A DNA stretch of 64,000 bases. Origin: Felis catus (Eukaryota). This document shows positions 51,377 to 64,000 of the stretch, in pieces. The stretch spans positions 230,208,001 through 230,272,000 of the forward strand of contig NC_058368.1 in assembly GCF_018350175.1 (NCBI RefSeq), written 5' to 3'. The notes below the pieces were generated by a model. The model ran no database searches. It saw only the letters and a program-made list of their open reading frames with translations, and was not told the origin of the DNA. Position numbers and translations under genes: made by a program. The first letter of the stretch is position 1. The number at the start of each line of letters is the position of its first letter.

Positions 51377-52002
51377 GTTCAGAATTCTGCTTCCATCCTA
51401 TTACCCTCTGTCTAGAGAACCCATTGCTGTGTGATACTGTACAAATCTCCCTGTCAAATGCTTAAAATTTCTCAAGAGTCTGGGCTGCTCAGAGGGTTAA
51501 AGCAACCCGGTGGGGGTAGGATGAATTCTCTCTGAGCCATCAGGCATCAAGGCAGGCTGCAAGGAGGAGGTAACATTTAAACATCACTTTAAGGATGAGT
51601 TTTGATATTGACAGAGAAATGAATTTTAAGCTGAGGGGACAGAGGGAAGCTTTGCTTTCTCATCTCTTGGCTCTGACGACTAGGTGTTGTTTGGGTTTGT
51701 TTTCAATTTTAAGCAGGCCACTTCAATGATCTATGCCTTGAATGTCTCATTTGTAAAATGAAAACTCACGAGGTGTTGAAGGGAAACATTAAGTGATACC
51801 TGGGATAGTACTGGAATAAGGTTTTCGGGACAAACAAATCCCAATCAAGGTTTTGTTATTATCAGACCACGTGGCTATGTGATTAGATCTAGTGACTAAC
51901 TGAAAACGGACATCTGTAAAGGAGTTTATGCTTTTGCAAACATTTTCCCATCCATTGTCTCCTTAGGTGCTCAAATTTGCCAAGATTAACATTTGTAGAG
52001 AC

Positions 52003-52232
52003 ACAGTAATGGAGTGTGGTTAAGAACACACGCTCTGAAGCCAGATGCCTCACCTGCAGGCAGCCCTGGGTGGCCTCAGTTAGTGCCGCTCTCAGTCCTG
52101 TTGACACAAGCAGGATGGTTGGAGGTGCCTTCCCACTGGCTCCTTGTGAAGATTCGGTGAGCTAAGCGATGTCAGCTGTTCTGGACCGTCCCCAGAACCT
52201 AGAAAGTACTCAGTGAGGGTTAGCTTCTATTA
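52003..52232 (+). mobile_element. MIR
   Basis: cagtaatggagtgtggttaagaacacacgctctgaagccagatgcct head; agtactcagtgagggttagc end. Confidence 0.72.
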
Positions 52233-55200
52233 CTGACACATCAGTATCCTCATCATCTCTGCTTTTATAAACATGGAGGTCTACTGAGTTCTAGTTCTGG
52301 ATTCTTTTCAACCCACCCCATTGGCATGACTGTGACCTACATAATGACTTAGGAAAAACGCACTGCAGGTCTCTGGCCTTTTCTGTGTTATTGCAAAGTA
52401 TGTAGCTGAATTAAGGGTTACTGTTTTCTGAGATCGACATTTAGCTACAGAAGGCAAGAATGAACAATTCCAGAAGTCTCTTTAAACCTGTGCAGAGTAA
52501 GTGCATATAATCATGAAAACTCTAGGATTTCTAGCTCAGTTAGGAAAAAGCAGACTATATATTACAGTATATGTGTTAATACGACCTGTGAGTCTGAATT
52601 TTTATGTACAAAATTAGCCTTTCAAGCTTTCTACCTGCCTAGGCTGATCTCTGCCCCACTGACGGTGGATAGCAAGCCTCCCCAGCCAATACCGGAGTCT
52701 CGAAGGAGAGGTTCTTTGGGGGCGTACCACAGTCCGAGGCATAGAGCTTTCTCCTGCAAACAAATTGGCTTCTCTTTAGGGAAGAATTTTTCAACCTTAA
52801 AATATCAGTTTGTGTATAGGACTTGATGCTGCTTGGATACTAAACAGCGCCTACCCCGAGACTTGGGGATAGAAGATGAGGATCTGAGATCCACCTCCGT
52901 TTTACCAAGTGCATGCCACTGGCTGACCAACCCTTCAGCCTCTCCACACCTCTGTTTGCGTTTCTGAGAATAATCAAAAAGATTCAAGGACGGTTGTTTT
53001 CACAGATTGCTACGTGGTCTCCAGTCAATTCATGTATGTGAAAGCACACAGAGATATTACTGAGATACTGGTATTATACTCACAATGCATTGCTTCAGGT
53101 ACCTTTCTAAGTTCAATGGAAGGTTTTATGTCCCTCTATTCTGCAGTTCCCTTGGAATTTCTCCCCTGTGTCCAGTTGGATTATTGTGTCTTGATCAGAT
53201 CAAGGACGCATATAATCTTGAATTTTAACTATTTACCACGCAATTATTTCACCTCCTCTTCCCAGTCCCCCAGAACTGAGTCATATTGAGCAGACCCCTG
53301 GGCTCAGCTTTGAGGACTATCCCACCCTGGGGAAGGTCCAGAATGGTCAAAGAAGTCACAGTCAATGCCCTGGAAATATGCTTCCCATACCAGAGGGTAG
53401 CTGTTGCTTTCTGTGACCTACTAAGACTTGGAGATCCGCTGTGGCTCATAGTTTTGGTTTCTTCTGGAAGAGTTAATTGCCCTAAAGGCAACATTCCATT
53501 TCCCTAGGTGGAATTTTAAAGCCCAGTCTCTCCCCACCCCCCACCCTAAGAAATCCTCTCACATCGTCCTTATCCCCCAGCAGAATGCTTCATATCCTCA
53601 GGACTGTGGTCTAATACTACCTCTAGCCCGAGCCTCTAGGCAAGACTTGATGAAGGAAAAAGTTCTGTAGAAAAAAAACAAATCATAATTTAAAATCCAG
53701 AACTGTGAATGCTTTTGAAATCCCTGGAAATTTTGTATTTTCTACCTCAATGCACAGTAATGTTAATAAAGCAAATCAATAGTTAGTTATATGTAAATTT
53801 TACTTCCATTATAAAGTAATTAAGGATTATCCTATAATTTTAACCTTTTTCATCTTCTCATATAACTTTGCTATTTAAAATTGGAATGAATAAATGCTGT
53901 TCATTTGAAACCTAGTGAGCAATGGAAAATCATTCTAAAAGGCACACAGTGTTTCGGCTATTGTGCTGACTGTTTCGTCCTTGCCAGGTGATATGTCAGT
54001 GCTGTAATATTATGATACATTGCTCATTGTTGCAATTACCTTTGTCAGAGTGCATCTAGGTTTCATGCTTGAGATGTGCGAACAAAGTCATGAGATGGAG
54101 AATCTCGGTTTGTTTTCGTTGAGTATTGATCAAATACAACACTGATTCTATAAAAGATGAGCAGATCTGATTATTACGTGATATGTATTTCAGGAGCACA
54201 TAAATCACATTTTTAATTGAAATTTCTTTGCAAAGGGACTTTAAATTGCTACCTTTAATATCCTGCCTGGAAGGCATTTGTAGGTTTCTGGTGATGATTT
54301 TATGAATCTCTTCAGAATTTACAGAATTGTTTCACTTGCTAACTTCATAGGCAAGAAAGTTCATCAGAGCAAAGTCATTCAGTCTTCCTCAAAGGCAAAT
54401 AACCGGGACTCACAGTTCTCTTGCTTTATAGATTGTTTCACTGTGTACATGAAATTAAAGATTTTAGTTTGTTTTGTTTCACTTTCACTGAAGTTTCCAA
54501 AGGTCTGGGCACTGTGGTGTTTCAACTTTCACTGCCCTGGAGATGCACTGTCATGGGGGAAGGAATATGGCCAGGACAAGCTATTACCTTGGGGCAGAGA
54601 GAAGTAACCAAGGGAGGTCTCTGTGGGAAGCCCCCCAGTGGCAAGTAGAATGGTGACCACTGATCTTAAAGGGCCTTCCCTCTCTCACGGTGGCTCACTC
54701 TCCTCCGCTGAGCTGTGATCTTCAGTAGGGTAGCGACCAAGGGGAGCACCTTTGGCTACGGTTCGTAACTGTCCCCCTCCCCACCATGCCTCCCTCTTCT
54801 TCCTTCTCCTTGCATTTAGTCCCATCTGCCTCTGCCCCCATCACCCTGGCTCTTCTTCCTTCCGAGGGTTCTTTCGTATCTCAGTCTGCCCCTCACCTGG
54901 GCCTCTTGACTCTGTCGGTGCTTGAAGTTGCCTCAGCAGCAGTGGGGACAGTATGTTCCTGGCATCCACAATGAAACTCTGACTGCACTCCCCATAGACA
55001 CATCGTATTTCTGGTGATTAGGCCTATAATACCATCAGTATGGATTAAACGATTTTTTTGCAGGCTATTGCAATCTTCACCATCTGGTATATACTGTTTG
55101 CTTGGGACTCTATTTTCTAAATTACAAGAAAAAGGATTACGATTGTACTTTTGTTATGCCCTTCATGATGAAAGTGGGACTGGATGGGAGCATTTTTATA

Positions 55201-56552
55201 TCCTTGCTTGACTTTTTTCCAGATTTCAAAATACCCAGTCTTACCTGTGTCCGTGAATTGGCTTATTATTCAATATCCAATGATGAGAAGGTATATTTGC
55301 ATTGTTTAGAGTTCTCACCAAAGAATTAGAGGGAAGGAAGGCGGAAGAAGTTCTTAAATGGCAAACATTATAGGAACTGATGCTTTTTGAGAAATATACA
55401 TCACTTTTATACTATCGCGTGTCAGATCTGTGGTTTCATTCGAAACATGAAGCCATGTTATATTCTTGAAAAGAAAGAAGTAGGGAACTTGAAATCTGGC
55501 CACATTTATCAGGAACGATACTATTGTCTAAAATAGCCAAAGAGGGCGATTAAGGGTGGATGATGATTACAGCGTGGTCTGTGTGTATATAATTATGCCC
55601 TATCAAAAGAGGGAGAGACTTTGTGCTGTGGTTCAGATAGCATGAGAAAGCTTGCGTTGCCAAGTCCTTCCCACCCAACTCCCCGTCCTCACCCCAAACC
55701 CCTCTCAGACACGCACAAGTGTGCTTAGGCTCTTTTAACCCCCAAGACGAGTCGGTAAAACATTCGATTAAAGACATTTGCTTAAAAAGAAAGTGGGCAA
55801 ACTCTCACAAGGAGCCCATTGAAATAGAAAGGAATACAATAAAACGCACTTTCTCATACAAAGTATAATTAAATAGGACGGCCAGGGACTGAGTCTCATA
55901 TCTCCATCACTTGTAATATCAGCCACATTAGCAACACCAATTTGAGCACTGTATCTTCTCATTGTTCTGCACACGGCTGCGATGGCAAAGATAACCAGCC
56001 AGTGGCTGCTTATTCTGTGAGATCAGGGTGAATTCTGCATTGTTTGAAGACCTATTAATATTTTAAACACTGTCTACCCTTCAGGCATTGAGGTATTACA
56101 TCACTATTTATACAGCGCAATTTGCCACTGCTTGGAAGGTTTCGAGCACTTCAGCATCCTGATAATTAAGTAGGAGATAGAATTATATTAACACAATTAA
56201 CATGAGCCAAAAGGTAGACTTTTAAATTATTTCAAATGTTTCTGATATTGTGTAATCCAAAAATAACTCCTTGATTAACTAATTTGTCTCATAAGAAATG
56301 TCTCTATGTAGGTCAGGATGAGATCACTTGAAAAAACTCTACTCTTTTGAGAACTTTTAAACCGCCAAAAAAGAAAAATCTCATTTAAGAGCTGGAGTCA
56401 AATTATATGGTCATTTTAGTTCTCAGAATTCAAAGCATAGATGGCTGGAATCATGCGCGTGTGATAATTCTAGGCTACTCTCAATAAATAATACATGTCA
56501 TTTCTGCTTCACTGAGGCTGTCACTTACTGCTCTAAATGACTTTCAATGCAG

Positions 56553-56725
56553 GGCCCAGCCTGCTCTCCCAGAGTGCACTTCAGCTCAATTCCAAACCTG
56601 AAGGGTCCTTCCAGTATCCGGCCAGCTACCATAGCAACCAGACCCTGGCCCTGGGTGACACGGCCCCTTCGCAGCTCCCTGCCCGAGGCGCGCAAGCCCG
56701 AGGTGCGGCCCACGGTTTCAGCCAG
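56553..56725 (+). CDS. CTNND2: Delta-catenin internal coding exon, 173 nt (likely exon 6): (R)[57 protein letters not shown]
   Basis: Acceptor ctttcaatgcag|, donor CAG|gtacgt; A|GG completes Arg from the previous exon; lies within track ORF 56537..56860. Confidence 0.97.
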
Positions 56726-58121
56726 GTACGTGTGGGAACGGGGGTTCCACGGGAGCAGGTGGGGAGCAGGGCTGCGAGCTGGCCACCGCGTTCCCTCCTC
56801 CCCTCTTCAGGCATGCCCGGTAACTTGGGAAAGTTAGGAAAGATGCCTTCAGGGCTGTGAGTGAAGGAAATGAATGATCAAATACCATTATCAAGTAACA
56901 CCGAATTGTAGATATTTTCTTGAGGAATGTCTGTGGATCACTCCTGCTGTCTACTTTGTACAGGCTCATCTATGTGAATGTGTGTCTCGTTACTATTTCT
57001 GTGTCTATATGGGATATAAATATGACAGACACTCCGAGTTTGTGAGTGCACCTGGAACCAATTTTTTCTCCTAAAAAAAAAAAAAAAAGCATGAAATTAT
57101 TCCTTGGGCATAATCGTATCAAGGAACATAGTATTAATGCATAATCAAGTACACGGAACTCTTCTGTAGATAACTGTGATTAGTTTAGGAGTGGTTACAC
57201 GTTGTCAGGTTTGATTTTGAAATGTGCCTATAATTGTTTCTTTAAAGCCCCGCACTTTCTCCTGTCATTTCACAGCACAAATTCATCAGGTGCAGTTGGG
57301 ATCAGCTCTTGGTAAAGAGAACTAGCTCCTCACCTGAATTTGTTTTTCACGCGAGATGTAAGCGTTATTTACATGTTAATTTGGGGGTGCAGGCTTTAGT
57401 TGATCAGCCCACCAGAATTAATGTATTGATTGGAGGGCTCTCTTCTCTTCAGCTACTTTAAACTTACTGTAGTCTCTGCATGTTTGGTCCTGGAATGAAG
57501 AACCGGCCACCTTCAAAGTAGCCCTTTAAGCTGATGAGCTTCATTTCATCCTTTCTGCACTAACGCTCGGGACCTCCGTACCCCGTTACCTCCGCCAGGA
57601 ACAGTTCCCCAGCTGCACTACCCATCTGGGGGCTTCCAACGACCAAACCCATCCATCTCCGTTATCAGTTTATCGTTACTACGCATCCGTGGATCTTTCC
57701 ACCTAAAAACTGAAAGCAACCTGAGGGCAGGGCCATTTTCTTCTTTTATCAGCAGCCCCTAGCCATCCCCGTGGCCCTCTGGAAATGTCTGCAGACAGGT
57801 AGGAGGCAAGGCAAGCCAGAATGGCATGTGGTATAGTCACCAGGAGATGCTGATTTTCAGCGACATGGACACAGAGAAGCATGAACTGGAAAGTCTCAGT
57901 GCATTTCAATTATTAAATTATTGCCCTGGCAATATGTTAAAAATACGATTACCTCCTGCAGGCAACACCCTTGTCCGTCAGTGGCTTTGTGACTTTTACC
58001 TTCTTGGGGATGCCAAGCACAGGGTATGTGAATAAAAGGGAGGGGTAAATAAAACATTCCACTGAGAAGATTGTCCGGCTCCCCTGTTGTGGTGCAGTGT
58101 GTGACCCTTGGCGGTGCTTGA

Positions 58122-58333
58122 TTTTTTTTAATGTTTATTTATTTTTGAGAGAATGAGAACATGAGCGGGGAAGGAGCAGAGAGAGAGGAGAGAGAGAGAG
58201 ACAGAATCTGAAGTAGGCTCCAGTCTCTGAGCTGCCAGCACAGAGCCCAACGCGGGGCTCAAACTCACAGACCGTGAGATCATGACCTCAGCCGAGGTCG
58301 GACCCTTAACCCACTGAGCCACCCAGGCACCCC
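58122..58333 (-). mobile_element. Can-SINE
   Basis: Antisense full body. Confidence 0.92.
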
Positions 58334-59217
58334 AGGATCACTGTTCTTTAAATGTACTGGTCTGTTCTATTTCCCTGAAAGAAAGATGCAAGGATATGCG
58401 AGGGAATATCTAAAAATGATTTTTAATTTATTAGAAAAAAATCATACACACATGCATTTATCCCATATACATAATACCGCGTATTTTTTCATTACCAACG
58501 AACATTCATTATGTGATGTTTGAAACACTGGGTGTTGTCAGCATAGGAAATATTGTTAGATTTTTTTTAATCTAATTTTATTTTATTAAGAGATAAAATG
58601 GAAGCTGTGATTTCACTATGTAGATGTAGATTTTTTTTTTTCTCAAAAGCATCCCATTCTTGAAAGGAACTATTTTTCTCCTTCTCATCTGTCTTCTCTT
58701 TGACCATGATACAGTGATTGTGGTAGAATGCACTCAATTTTGAATTCTTTGGAAGCAAGCAACTATATTACACACCGTCTTTTATCCTTACATCTGACTA
58801 TACTTCTAGGTCCAAGAGGCCACATTCAGAAATGAGGAATATTTTATACTCAAATTAACCTGCGAAGGTTATGAATTTAGCTTTTACCAGCCTCCTAGAA
58901 CTTCTAAGACACAAAGGTAGTAAAACAATAAAGTTCTATCTTTAAAAAAAAAAATTATCTTGAACTCATATTACTCATGTTTGGCTTTTTTTTTTTTTTT
59001 TCATAAATACCTAAGGCCTCTGTAATTTGAGCTGAAACACTGAATCAGTTTCTTTTTTTAAATCTGTATTACCATAGCTGAGCATCATGGAAAATAGAAA
59101 TGTCAATATAAAATGAAAAATCAGTTAACTTCTCAACTCATCTGTGAGCATCTTCTAAGTTCAATTCACACATAGCTGTATAATGACTAGCTGTTAAAGC
59201 AAAGCTTTCTTATAAAA

Positions 59218-59435
59218 TTAATAGCTACCATTTATTAAGCACGCAGAAGTAATCTGTTTTACATGCATCATCTTATTTCATGCCCACCACGGGGCTGTAT
59301 TAGTATCTACACTTTAAAGATGGGAAAATTCAAGCTCATCACATTTAGAGATGTTGTCACACACCATTTTAAGGAAGCAGTGGTAAAACAGGGCACAAAA
59401 TCTGGACTGAGTTGAAGCCTAGTGATTCCAGCACT
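59218..59435 (-). mobile_element. MIR
   Basis: aatagctaccatttattaagcac…ttttacatgcatcatcttattt…agatgggaaaatt. Confidence 0.7.
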
Positions 59436-60989
59436 GTTTCATAGGTTTCCTTTTATTATTGACCATTTCAACACCTTGGATCTAGTAAGAGGTCTATCAA
59501 TGTGGACAAGCAGTATGGCGGTTTATCTACTTCCGTGTTATAGAAGTTCTGCTTGGAGCTAATTCTTTCATCCAGTACTTAACATGGGAGTATAACAGTG
59601 GAAACTCAGAATGACAGGATTGGGCCTCACATTAAAAGTCTGCTTTAAAATTTAATCAGAAAATGTAACAAAGTTGTAAAGATATCAAAGCTATGTATTT
59701 GAAGTCATCAGAGTTATAGTTTGAAGACGTCTATAAATGTGCATGTTCAAAGCGATAACTTAGGTTTGAGCCAAAAGTGACTGGCATACTCATTTACTCT
59801 GGCAGGTGGGTGGATGGAAAGTCTGAACATTCAAAGCAGGGGGTTGTTCTAATCCACTTGATTAACAGGATTGAGGCTGTTGACAAATACCTAAATCTTA
59901 TTTATTTTACTAAGTGGTAGATCTTGGTACCATGATTTACTTTTAGCTTTTCTGTGCTGCGGTAGGAAAGTCATGTTTTATTGAATACCCTATAGGACCT
60001 CTGACTTCAAAATAATGTCAGAGAAGCGTTGAACAAGTAAACAGTATTTTTATTTGGCTTTAGCGTTATACCTAGAAAGTAGGGGCACCATTTCCCATTC
60101 CAATAGCATCCCTTTTGTTTAGATTATCTCGAGAAGCCCTCTATTCCAGTGGTTTTTCAGAGCCCGGTGACACATTCTTTTCAATATTCTGATTGGTGCG
60201 AAAGCTCATTTCTTCAAGGCTGGATTAATTTTTAGAATACCTTGTGGTTTGAAAGTGCCAACGGGGCTAGGGAAATTCAAATTATTGCCAACAGATGCCA
60301 GACCAAGTTAATAAGGTCAATAATCAATCAACACAAAAACATTTCTTTTTTTTTTTTTTTTTTTGGTTGGTTGGTTTTGTGTGTGTGTGTGTGGGTCTTA
60401 AAAAATATGTGTAATTCTAAAGTAAAGCAAATGGTTTTGTGTCTGGCTCATAAATCATGTCACCATGCAATGTCAAAGGAGTATCATGTGTGTTCAAAGA
60501 TTCTAATTTCAGTTAAAAAGAAAAAACTCTGACTTATTCAGCAGAATAAATGTTGGTGGAGTGACCATCACCTGCTCTACACCAGACCCTGGCAATACAT
60601 GCATCACCTACATTGCCCCATCGTATCAGTCTGCAGATAAAACTATGAGTCACAAAAGGTGCAATAGAATATTGATTCTCTGGTGTTGCCCTAACTACAA
60701 TCGTTGAAAGTCCTTCCCCTCAGACACTCGGTTGAGTTTAGGAGACTGGGAGGCATAGAAGGTAAGACCCTACCTCTCAGCCCCCAGGGCCTTTCTGGGA
60801 AGTAACATGAACCAATTTATGGTTATTCTTTCCCCCACCTTGCAGTCTCCATGCCCCAGCCTCTAATCAGGCTGTGTAGATAACCTCTCCCTCCCTCCCT
60901 CCGTCCCTTCCTCCTCCAAGTCAACCTTGTCCTTTATGTAACTCTCCTGAGGTGCCCCAGTTACATTTGTGTATCTATGGGCTATTCTT

Positions 60990-61013
60990 TTTTTTTTTTA
61001 ATGTTTATTTATT

Positions 61014-61067
<54 letters not shown>

Positions 61068-61241
61068 GGTGCAAGCAGGGGAGGGGCAGAGAGAGAGAGG
61101 GAGACACAGATACCAAAGCAGGCTTCAGGCTCTGAGGTGTCAGCACAGAGCCCAATGCAGGGCTCGAACCCACAAACCGTGAGATGATCGTGACCTGAGC
61201 CAAAGTCAGAGGCTTAACCGACTGAGCCACCCAGTCTCCCC
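60990..61241 (-). mobile_element. Can-SINE
   Basis: Antisense; TSD-like tgggctattcttt / tgggttattcttt. Confidence 0.92.
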
Positions 61242-61259
61242 ATCCGTGGGTTATTCTTT

Positions 61260-61780
61260 AATGCATCTGAGACGCTTTGTGTGCCTGTTGTAAGCCGTGT
61301 GCTGTTGTGTGTGCTTGGGAGAGAGCAGGAAAGAAAATAGACACAATCCCCGCCCTCAAGGAACCTACATTCCAGCAGCAGCAATGAGAACGCAGAGTAT
61401 CGACACAGGGAATAAGTAAATTACATAGTTTGTTAGAAAGCGATGATTTCTATGAGGAGGAAATGATGCAGAACAGGATAAGCAGGATCCAAAGTGTGGG
61501 ACCGAGTGTGGTATATGGGGCCTTGTGCAGAAGGTAAGGATTGGGAAAGACCTGAAGATGGGGAGAGAGGTCGCTGTATGTAGGGGTGTCGTGGGGACAC
61601 CAAATACAACGAATGGCTCCCGGAGGAGGTGGCCTGGCATCTTGATGGAGCAGCAGGGAAGCTAAAGCGGGTGCAGGACTTTTCAAAGGGGCTGGAAACC
61701 CAGCCCGTTACTGTGAGGACCTTGTGTTTTGCTCTCAGAGGCACTGCATGGCCTGACTTAGGCCTTGAAAGCATCATTCT
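61260..61780 (-). mobile_element. L2 fragment
   Basis: aatagacacaatccccgccctcaaggaacctacattccag…gaaagacctgaagatg…ttgaaagcatcattct. Confidence 0.65.
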
Positions 61781-64000
61781 ACTGTCTCACACGTAACGCC
61801 TGTAGTTAGTCACACAAGAGTCTGTTTCTTCCGATCAGACTGCCTTTGGTGCCAGAGTAGGAACCACACACAGTGACCTCCATATCCCAAGTGACCGGCC
61901 CAGGATTCACCAGGTGTCCATCAGGCTCCTCAAACCCCAGCCTCCCTCTTTACAGTCGTACCACAGAGGTTGTGGGTAGAGAGCTGATAGAGAAGCTGGC
62001 TCTCCTCCAGGCTCGTCTGCTTCCGCTCACATCAGCTTCCCTGTGGATTGTATGCAATGCATCGAGGAGTCGCTCTAAAAATGTCGGTGTCTCCCCATGT
62101 GCAAACATGAAGTAGTCTCACCGAGCATTCCTTCCCTCAAAGAAACAAAATGTGCAAGAGAGAAAGTATATCCCTGTATAAAGGGCACTAGCAAAGTAGC
62201 ATTGGACCCTCAAGGTTTTAACACCGCTCTCATGTTCTTCCGCAGAACTGATGTAAGTGGGTGCGTATTTATAATTCTAGAAAAATGCCTGCTCGCTGTA
62301 GGAAAGTCAGAATCGTATGCTGGTTTTGTAGAATAAAACTGGGCAATAGTGGACATATCCTAGAAAAGCAGTAAGCTTTCTCAGAAGCAAAGTTGCCATT
62401 TCTTTTTGATGCGGGCCGCTTATTTAATATGGCACCGACTTTTATGTCTTAAAAGTGCTCATGTAGACTATATCGTAATTATAAATATGCCATCTGCCCA
62501 CTTGGGCCAGCGCCCTGGTGTTTGTTGAATTTGGAGCTTCTCGTACAGGTGGTACGGTCTCACATCAGGACGATGTGAAGGTCAAGGGGGTGGAGAGCTC
62601 TGGGGATGGTGGCTCAGTGGACAGAGACCCACGTGGTGTAGAGGAGGAGCAAGTCCCCAATAAACACCTATTTATTGACCGCTGAATGAAAAGGGTCATA
62701 CAGACAACTGGGGTGACATCACTTCGATTTGCTTCATTATGAGCAAAGTCGTTGTTTGGTAACATTGATGAAGAGAAAAGTCACCCGTGACCTTGGGAAA
62801 CACAAAATTACATGGATGCATTTAGCATATATACAGTGCATAGCATTTAGAGGAGAAATCATGCCATTTTGCCTATTTTCCTTGACTTGTTTGTGGGAAA
62901 CTAGCGGTTCTTTTAAGATAGTTTTCAGATGACCACCTATTGGAAATCTTTCCTCATTGCGCCGCTTTAAAATCTTCCCCCTCCATTTTCTGTTTCCAGT
63001 ATAAATATATTTAATCTGGCTTCAGTAGGTGAAACATCTCTCCTTGCAGGGAGGGTGTGTGTTGTACTATATAAATCAAAGTAAACATTTGATTTGGCTT
63101 CTTGAAGTAAATACTGAATGAACCTCTTGCCGAAATAAACCGTTTTTCTTGGTAGTATATTTTTCCCAAGGCCCGTTTAGTTTTTTTGAAAAAGTTGCCA
63201 TCCAGAAACCCTCCTTACATATTCTTTAAGACAAATCTATATAAGTCACTGTTTTCTTTTTCTCTCTTTTCTTTCCATTCATAGAGACTTTTAATGGCCA
63301 TAGGAAATACTTTTCTGAATATTTATTGATAATGGCCCTAATCATACTTTTATTAAGTGGAGGTCAGAGGGTAGGAAAATCCATCACCCAGGATGCAAAA
63401 GTCTGCACCACCCTGTTTTTATAGTGTCCGGGAAACCTTGGAAAAGGGCTCACTTAGTGCCTCCTTCTCACTTGAGTGACAGACACGATTTGCAAGAGCA
63501 GTGCTCTCTCCCTTTCTCTCACACTCGCTCTCGCTTTCTCTCATAATTTTGAGACCCTCCTGCAAAAAGAAAGCAGTGAGTGCGGTCTCCATTATTATCT
63601 CAGAGATTATAGCTCTTAGGGTCCTTTAAATCAAATTGTCCTCCTCTGAAGAAGGAATTTCTTCCCAACTCCTTGGTTGTTACCATTACTTAAGTTTACT
63701 TTGCTCTGGGTATCACCTTTGGTGTTACGACAAGGTCACCGCCAGGTAAACCCTGTGCTTCCGTTCTCATCCAGCAGTGATGACTCCAGGGATAGTGTGA
63801 ACTGTGACCAGAAGCTGTCTCTTTATGTTTCCTATTAGTTTTTACCAAAACCAGTGCTCCTCAAGGGAATTGCTGGACAAAGGTCTTCATGATTCTGTTT
63901 GGCTATTTCCAAAATCAAACCTTTGTCACAGCACCAGGCTTTTCTACCTTGGGGATTATTTTAAAGAGTGACATTCCTACTAAAGTTAATTTCAAAAGAG

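Noticed and set aside
56537..56860. 107-aa ORF as a standalone gene
   Set aside because: Only 56553-56725 is the CTNND2 exon; the rest is read-through into intron beyond clear splice sites.

Overview
Mammalian genomic DNA, almost certainly a felid: about 29 feline-type Can-SINEs, plus carnivore L1 and old eutherian repeats. The window lies inside CTNND2 (delta-catenin), transcribed on the + strand. Three internal coding exons (35, 117 and 173 nt) have canonical AG/GT boundaries and splice in frame to (S)[108 protein letters not shown]. They correspond to exons 4-6 by my recollection of the human gene. The rest is intron containing SINEs, L1, L2, MIR, LTR remnants, hAT DNA transposons and microsatellites. 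I see no new multi-gene system. The most notable observations are a FAME-type (TTTTA)n(TTTCA)n repeat on the sense strand, a 548-bp LTR-shaped element I cannot assign to a family, a very young SINE, inverted SINE pairs and a few speculative splice signals. Repeat family names are from recalled consensus sequences, not a database search, and repeat boundaries are approximate.
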